Of a DNA stretch of 64,000 nucleotides, positions 59,032 to 64,000 are shown one piece after another. The translations under genes and the position numbers were made by a program. How positions within the stretch are numbered: position 1 is the first letter of the stretch; the number at the start of each line of letters is the position of its first letter. The stretch is taken from contig JBKQTJ010000129.1 of NCBI GenBank assembly GCA_052143255.1, positions 210 through 64,209 of the forward strand, in the 5' to 3' direction. The stretch comes from Streptosporangiaceae bacterium. Its GTDB lineage: Bacteria; Actinomycetota; Actinomycetes; Streptosporangiales; Streptosporangiaceae. The notes under the pieces were generated by a model, which had not been told where the DNA came from, made no database searches, and saw only the letters and a list, made by a program, of their open reading frames with translations.

Positions 59032-59558
59032 GGCAGTGCGCTCACTGGAAGGCCGGCTGGGCCGAGGGTACGGGCGATCTGGACCGCGAGGTGGCCTGGG
59101 CCGCCCGCTGCTGCCGTGATCAAAACGGAAGCGGGGTCGTCCCCGGCGCTGGAGCCCGGAAGGCGTCTCAGGCCCTGGAGCGCCGTCAGCGCGTCGACGG
59201 GCGCCGCAGCCGCCTCGACGACGTCGAGCCCGGCTGGTATCGAGGCCATCTGCTCGGCCGGACAAGTCACATACTGCGCGTAACAGCCGGTCAGCCCGGG
59301 GTAGCCATAAACTGGCTCACCGTCCTGGAATGCCGCGGGCGCTCCGGTATCGCCCTCAACGAGACCGGCGAACTCGGCGCCGGGTATGTACGGCAGGTCG
59401 ACTTTCACCTGGCCGCTGCGCACGTGCGTGTCCCACGCGCCGACGCCTGCCGCTAGCACCCGGACGAGGACCTCGCCCGGCCCGGGCTCCGGTATGGGTA
59501 CCTCGACGACCCGCATGACATCGGCGCCGCCTGGCTCGGTCACCATGATCGCCTGCAT
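59028..59558 (-). pseudogene. Truncated NADPH:quinone oxidoreductase / MDR (N-terminal 165 aa only)
   Basis: MQAIMVTEPGGADVMRVVEVPIPEPGPGEVLVRV...LITAAAGGPGHLAVQIARTLG, after which homology ends and a stop follows 10 codons later. Typical family members are about 320 aa. Confidence 0.65.
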
Positions 59559-59694
59559 CGTCACTCCTGCCTGCAAGCTGGTTCGCACCCGCGGTCCGGG
59601 ATGGCGACCAGCCCCGCTTGCGCGGACTCGCCGGCCCGGGCCGGCCCACGGGGACAGCTTGCCCGGCCGGTGGGCTCGCACACGCACTTCCGGG

Positions 59695-59712
59695 CCATCC
59701 GGCGCCGGATGG
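59695..59712. promoter_or_regulatory. 18-bp perfect palindrome in a divergent intergenic region
   Basis: CCATCCGGCGCCGGATGG lies between the QOR fragment and the acidic protein gene. Confidence 0.3.
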
Positions 59713-59786
59713 ACGAGCGCCGCCTGGAGCGGCATCGCCGTATCGGGCTAGTACGTTGGACAGATCAGAGGAAGAGAGGCTGAGTC

Positions 59787-60257
59787 ATGGCAGACGAGAA
59801 GCGTCACGAGTCCGCCGATCTTGAGGACTATGAGGTACTCGACACCACCGACACGCTAGAAGGCGCACCCGGCGATGACCCGCTGGACCGCGGCGTCGCC
59901 GCCCCGGAACGCTGGTCGGCGGCAATGCGGTTCGGCTCGACCGGCCCGGAGCAGGCGGCTGGCGAGTCCCTTGATCAGCTCATCGCCGAAGAAGAGCCCG
60001 ACATCGATATCGCCGACGATCGGGCCGACCGCGGCTGGGACGAGAACGCGACAGATCAGGATATTGCCAGACTCCTCCATGATCAGAGTGCTGACGCCAG
60101 GGCGGGGCGCCTGACGACGGAGGACACGGGAGATTTCCTGGACGATGACGATCTCATTGCGCATGATGCTGGGATCGACGGCGGCGGAGCGACGGCGGAG
60201 GAGGCTGCCATTCATGTGATCGGCGACGAGGATCCGGGCGCCGGCACCAGCGAGTGA
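59787..60257 (+). CDS. Highly acidic small protein (DUF5709-like by recollection)
   Basis: 156 aa, Asp/Glu-rich, containing DPLDRGVAAPERW...GESLDQLIAEEEPD. Confidence 0.55.
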   Translation: MADEKRHESADLEDYEVLDTTDTLEGAPGDDPLDRGVAAPERWSAAMRFGSTGPEQAAGESLDQLIAEEEPDIDIADDRADRGWDENATDQDIARLLHDQSADARAGRLTTEDTGDFLDDDDLIAHDAGIDGGGATAEEAAIHVIGDEDPGAGTSE

Positions 60258-60296
60258 TGCCAGCGGCTGCCAGTCCCGGCTAGCTTCCGGGCTGGC

Positions 60297-63200
60297 TCAC
60301 GACGGAGCTACCACGACCGAGCCGTACGTGACGGTGCTCAGCTGCCCGGTGTTGTGCGAGGTGACGGCCAGGCCCGCCAGCGCTGCCCCGGCCAAGTTCG
60401 CCAGCGTTATGCTCGATTGCGGAATCGACGTCCAGGTGACGCCGTCTGTAGAGGTGGCGGCGCTGAAGGTAGAGCCGGTCCGAGTTATCTGGATATACAC
60501 CGGGACAGACCCGGTGATGCCGACCTGACTGCTCGTGCCGCCTTGGGCAGCACGCCACTGTACTACAACCCCGTTTCCCGGCGTGACGAACACGGCATAG
60601 TAGGGCGAGCCCGGATCAGTCGTTCCCCTGATCATGATGCCGCCTTTGGCCCACGCGTTCGAGTTCCCCTGGGAGATGACTTGGGTGCTGACGGTGCCGC
60701 CAGCCGGCAAAGGCTGCCATACATAGTGGAAGCTATCGGATGTGCCCCAGATGTCACCACCGCCGCCGGTCACCGTCCACGAACTGCCGGACTGGCTCTG
60801 GCCGCCGGCAGCAGGCGCCACGTTGCCGATGTCGGCGCAGGTCCAGGCGTTGGGGCAGATGCCCGGCGGCTGCAGCTCGGCCGGACTCACAGCGACATCG
60901 TTCAGCGTGACGGCTTCAGCCGTGCCCTGACTGTGGGAGCTAACGGCGAAGCCGGCTAGCGCCGGGCCGTTAAAGCCCAGCGCCTGGGTCGAACCCGGAA
61001 TGGCGGTCCAGGTGTTGCCGTCAGCTGAAATGTAGGCCGTGTAGTAGTTCTGCGGGTTGCTGCCAGTCGTGGTGTACCGGCCGACCATCAGGTATGCGGG
61101 TGCCACGCCCGCGGTTTGCAGCTGGGACGACGTTCCGCCCTGCGTTGACCGCCACTGGACGACGATGCCGTTACCGGGCGTGACGAAGACTCCGTAGTAG
61201 GGCGAACCGGGGTCGTTAGTGGCGCGGATCATCGGCCCGGCCTTCGCCCACGGCGAGCTGTCCTGCTGCGAGGTGACTTGAGCTGTGACGGTACCGTCGG
61301 CGCTCAATGTCTGCGAGACCAGGTGGAACGAATCCGCAGTTCCCCAGATGTCACCGCCGCCCGCGCTCTCGGTCCAGGTGCCTGAGCCGCCGAGATTGTC
61401 TTGACCGGGCGGCACCGCACCGCCGATATCCTGGCAAGTCCACGCAGACGGGCAAATGCCTGGCGGTGCCTGCGATCCCGGCAACGACGCGAGGTTGTCG
61501 ACGGTCGCTGACGTGAGCGTTGTCGAGTTGTGCGAGTCGGTGGCGATGCCGGCGACCAGCGGTCCGGGCAAGCTCAGCGCGACCGTGGATCCTGGCACGA
61601 ACGTGAAGTTGACCCCGTCGGTCGAGGTATAGGCGCTGTAATACACCACGTTCTGCGCGGTATCGGTATAGCGCGAGGCCATGACCCAGATCGGCGTGGC
61701 GGCTGTCGCTGATCCCTGGACCTGGTTCGTCGTGCCAGCCTCTGTTGCCCGCCATTGCACAGCGATGCCGTGCCCCGGCGTAACGAATACCCCGTAGTAC
61801 GGCGCCTGCGGGTCAGTTACGGAGCCGGACCGGATCATGACGCCGGTCTTCTCCCACGGATCGTTGGGCGTTGCCTGAGATACCACCCGGGCGCTGATGG
61901 TGCCATCGCCATTGGGCGAGTTGGACGGGTCCTGCGGGAAGCTCTGGGAAACGAAGCGGAAGTCGTCATAGGTCGCCCAGATGTCCGAGCCGCCGGCCAG
62001 GATGTTCCACGTTCCCGCGGTGCCACCGCCTTGCTGCTGGTCCAGGTAATCCTGGCTGCCAGGCAGGATGTCGGTGCCCACGTCATTGCAGGTGTACCCG
62101 CTCGCGCAGATCCCTGGCGGCTGGCTGCTCGATGCTGTGAGCGTGACGTTGTCATAGGTCACCTGCGGGGTCGTCCCCGCCGGGCCAGCAGTCGCGGCGA
62201 GGCCGGCCAGGTAGTTCCCCGAGGGCATGTTAATGATCTCGGTCGAGCCGAGCACCGGGGTCCAGGTGCTCCCGTCGCTAGAGGTCAGGGCAGAGAAGTA
62301 GGTCTCTTGCGGGTTCGCCGAGGTGTCCGTCCAGCTGACGATCTGGACATAGGCGGGTGAGGATATCGATGGCAGCGACAGCTGCGCTGTCGTGCTGGGC
62401 GTGCCGTCGTAACTGCGCCATTGCAGGGTTGCCGAGCCGCCGGGGTTGAGCAGCACGGCGTAGTACTGAGCTGTTGGGCTAGTGCTAGCCCGCATCATCA
62501 GCCCTTCCTGAGCGGTAGCCGGCGCGCCGGGCGCGATTACCTGAGCGCTCAGCGTCTGGTCACCGGAAACCTGCTGGTAGGCGAAGTGGAATGAGTCCGA
62601 CCGGCCGATGGTGATGCCAGTGCCGGTGCCAGACAGCGTCAGCGTGCCCGCGCCGGTTGAGGTGGTGTCTCCGGGCGGGGCGGGGTTGCCGACGTCCGTG
62701 CAGGCCCAGCTGCTCGGGCAGGGATCAGCGGGGGCAGCCGGGCTCATCGTCGTGGTGATCGGCTGACCGACAGAAGCATTGCTGAACGATGCGGTGCCGG
62801 TGTTGGTCGACAAGCCCGAGCCGACGGCGAGCCCCTGCAAGATGGTCGCGGGAAGGTCCATGTCGGCGGTACTGCCGGGGACGAGCCGGTAGTTCACGCC
62901 GTCGGTCGAGTACCCAGCACTGAAGTTGTTGCCCTGTCGCTGGATCATCACCGAGACGGGCATCGCCGCCGGTGACACCTTGGCGAGCAGGACCGGGCTC
63001 TTGGCGAACGGCGCCCGGTACCAGACCTGCAGGTCATTAGGCGTGTCGTTGGGGTATTCGAGGATGGCGTAGAACGGCGAGGCCGGATCGGTGCTCTGCC
63101 GCATCATCAGTCCGGCCTGCTGGGTCTGACCGGGCTGTGCTGTCTGGGCCGAGATCTGCACGCTGGCCTGGGAGTCTCCCGAGACCGGCTGGGAGATGAA

Positions 63201-64000
63201 CCGGAACTGATCTCCGGTACCGCGGACTCCCGTGCCGGCTGCTGTGACGGTCAGCACTCCGCCGGAGGTCTGTTCGGATCCGGCCACGGCGGGACTGTGA
63301 ATGTCCTGGCAGGTGAAGCCGGCCGGGCAGGCCGGGTCTGGCGGCGGGGTAGTAGTGGAACTCGGCAGGCCGAACGCGTACAGGTCTCCGTTAACGTCGC
63401 CGACGTAGAACTGGCTGCGCGCCACGGAAATCGCGCCGTAGACCGGCGCGGGCAGGACATAGCTGTACAGGAGCGTGCCGGTGGCAGCGTTGAGGACCTC
63501 GAAGGTATTGCCTTCCGCTTCGGCAAGCATTCCGTTCACATATGCGGGCGCCGCGACGATCGGCTGCTCGGTCTGGCGGCTCCACGGGACTGCGCCGGTG
63601 CCAGGGTTGAAGGCTGTGATCGAGCCACCCCCGCCGTGGCCGCCCTGGGTGTTGTTGCCGCCCGCGTAGTAGAGCGTGTCGTTGGCGAACACCCCGGACG
63701 CGATGCTGCCGTCGCCGCCAGTCGGGTTGGTGCCGCCGATGGCGATCTGGCGCTGCCAGATCGGCCCCGCCGCGAGGTTGTTCCGGTTCAGTGTGTACAG
63801 GATGCCGTTCTTATTCGCCAGCGACAGCAGCTGATCGCCGTTGGAGTCGGTCGTCAGCGTCGGTGTTGTACCCCAGTCCGAATCCTCGACGGCAGCCTCG
63901 AACGGGAGCTGCCACGAGCCGACGTACTGCAAGGTCGTCGCGTTCAGGGCGACGACGGCTTGCGACTGGGTCTGAGTATGGTCGTTCAGCGTTCCGGTGG
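60297..64000 (-). CDS. Giant secreted protein (partial): PQQ/BamB-like beta-propeller followed by five tandem Cys-capped ConA-like (DUF1349-like) modules
   Basis: The frame stays open upstream of the track TTG at 63932 (…TGTLNDHTQTQSQAVVALNATTLQYVGSW), so the N-terminus is outside the window. Propeller hallmarks are LYTLNRNN and DLYAFGLP. Modules begin at about 63340, 62725, 62120, 61466 and 60869, each with CxxxxxC and then GGGDIWGT.DSFH...WAKAG.MIR...SPYY.VFVTPGNG..VQWR. Confidence 0.8.
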   Translation of the reverse strand, partial: TGTLNDHTQTQSQAVVALNATTLQYVGSWQLPFEAAVEDSDWGTTPTLTTDSNGDQLLSLANKNGILYTLNRNNLAAGPIWQRQIAIGGTNPTGGDGSIASGVFANDTLYYAGGNNTQGGHGGGGSITAFNPGTGAVPWSRQTEQPIVAAPAYVNGMLAEAEGNTFEVLNAATGTLLYSYVLPAPVYGAISVARSQFYVGDVNGDLYAFGLPSSTTTPPPDPACPAGFTCQDIHSPAVAGSEQTSGGVLTVTAAGTGVRGTGDQFRFISQPVSGDSQASVQISAQTAQPGQTQQAGLMMRQSTDPASPFYAILEYPNDTPNDLQVWYRAPFAKSPVLLAKVSPAAMPVSVMIQRQGNNFSAGYSTDGVNYRLVPGSTADMDLPATILQGLAVGSGLSTNTGTASFSNASVGQPITTTMSPAAPADPCPSSWACTDVGNPAPPGDTTSTGAGTLTLSGTGTGITIGRSDSFHFAYQQVSGDQTLSAQVIAPGAPATAQEGLMMRASTSPTAQYYAVLLNPGGSATLQWRSYDGTPSTTAQLSLPSISSPAYVQIVSWTDTSANPQETYFSALTSSDGSTWTPVLGSTEIINMPSGNYLAGLAATAGPAGTTPQVTYDNVTLTASSSQPPGICASGYTCNDVGTDILPGSQDYLDQQQGGGTAGTWNILAGGSDIWATYDDFRFVSQSFPQDPSNSPNGDGTISARVVSQATPNDPWEKTGVMIRSGSVTDPQAPYYGVFVTPGHGIAVQWRATEAGTTNQVQGSATAATPIWVMASRYTDTAQNVVYYSAYTSTDGVNFTFVPGSTVALSLPGPLVAGIATDSHNSTTLTSATVDNLASLPGSQAPPGICPSAWTCQDIGGAVPPGQDNLGGSGTWTESAGGGDIWGTADSFHLVSQTLSADGTVTAQVTSQQDSSPWAKAGPMIRATNDPGSPYYGVFVTPGNGIVVQWRSTQGGTSSQLQTAGVAPAYLMVGRYTTTGSNPQNYYTAYISADGNTWTAIPGSTQALGFNGPALAGFAVSSHSQGTAEAVTLNDVAVSPAELQPPGICPNAWTCADIGNVAPAAGGQSQSGSSWTVTGGGGDIWGTSDSFHYVWQPLPAGGTVSTQVISQGNSNAWAKGGIMIRGTTDPGSPYYAVFVTPGNGVVVQWRAAQGGTSSQVGITGSVPVYIQITRTGSTFSAATSTDGVTWTSIPQSSITLANLAGAALAGLAVTSHNTGQLSTVTYGSVVVAPS

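Noticed and set aside
59032-59265. N-terminal extension of the 552-aa ORF containing the LpdA-like gene
   Set aside because: The extension is Arg/Pro-rich, overlaps the QOR fragment in another frame, and precedes the Rossmann start. The GTG at 59031 gives a normal 474-aa protein.

Overview
This is a high-GC (about 70 percent) actinobacterial chromosomal segment, densely coding on both strands. All calls come from reading the ORF translations and the DNA by eye, using motif recognition and remembered synteny. No database search was possible.

Positions 1-34.2 kb are a cholesterol/steroid catabolism supercluster. Its content and local order closely mirror the Mycobacterium tuberculosis Rv3515c-Rv3571 region:
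- partial kstD and a second KstD-family flavoprotein
- kshA and kshB, here adjacent
- hsaA-hsaD-hsaC-hsaB
- a ring-C/D (HIP)-type module: acyl-CoA synthetase, echA and three ACADs, divergent from ACAD plus SDR
- fadA5 divergent from cyp125
- DUF35-ltp4-ltp3
- echA19 divergent from fadD19
- an IpdC-like flavin reductase

Six KstR-type operators (TnnAACnnGTTnnA) lie in the expected promoter regions, and one KstR2-type box lies in the synthetase/ACAD divergent region. Neither regulator gene is in the window.

The cluster is interrupted twice. The first interruption is a dead IS200/IS605 element: a decayed tnpA fragment, a tnpB intact except for one in-frame TGA on a zinc-finger Cys codon, and a candidate omega RNA / right-end hairpin abutting the kshB stop codon. 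The second is a 4.2 kb non-steroid island holding a P-loop kinase, a histidine phosphatase, a HAD hydrolase, and a secreted protein-ECF sigma-anti-sigma operon.

The right part (34-64 kb) is mixed housekeeping and accessory:
- DinB and YjbR family genes
- a GT2 plus large polytopic membrane protein pair
- an HTH regulator, a desaturase and an AKR
- a dnaK-grpE-cbpA-like-cbpM-like-clpB chaperone operon bracketed by two zinc-ribbon thioredoxin paralogues, one with a degenerate active site
- an acyl-CoA synthetase, panE-like reductase and membrane protein
- methyltransferase-murT-gatD
- an SDR, a disulfide-less LpdA-like flavoprotein and a truncated quinone oxidoreductase
- the 3-prime 3.7 kb of a giant secreted beta-propeller plus five-fold ConA-like repeat protein

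I found no rRNA, tRNA, CRISPR or recognisable defence operon, and no convincing multi-gene novel system. The most unusual items are:
- a translationally coupled Cys-rich small ORF wedged between kshA and kshB
- the TnpB/omega RNA remnant touching kshB
- recurrent in-frame 15-18 bp tandem repeats in N-terminal tails
- the pseudo-thioredoxin next to the chaperone operon
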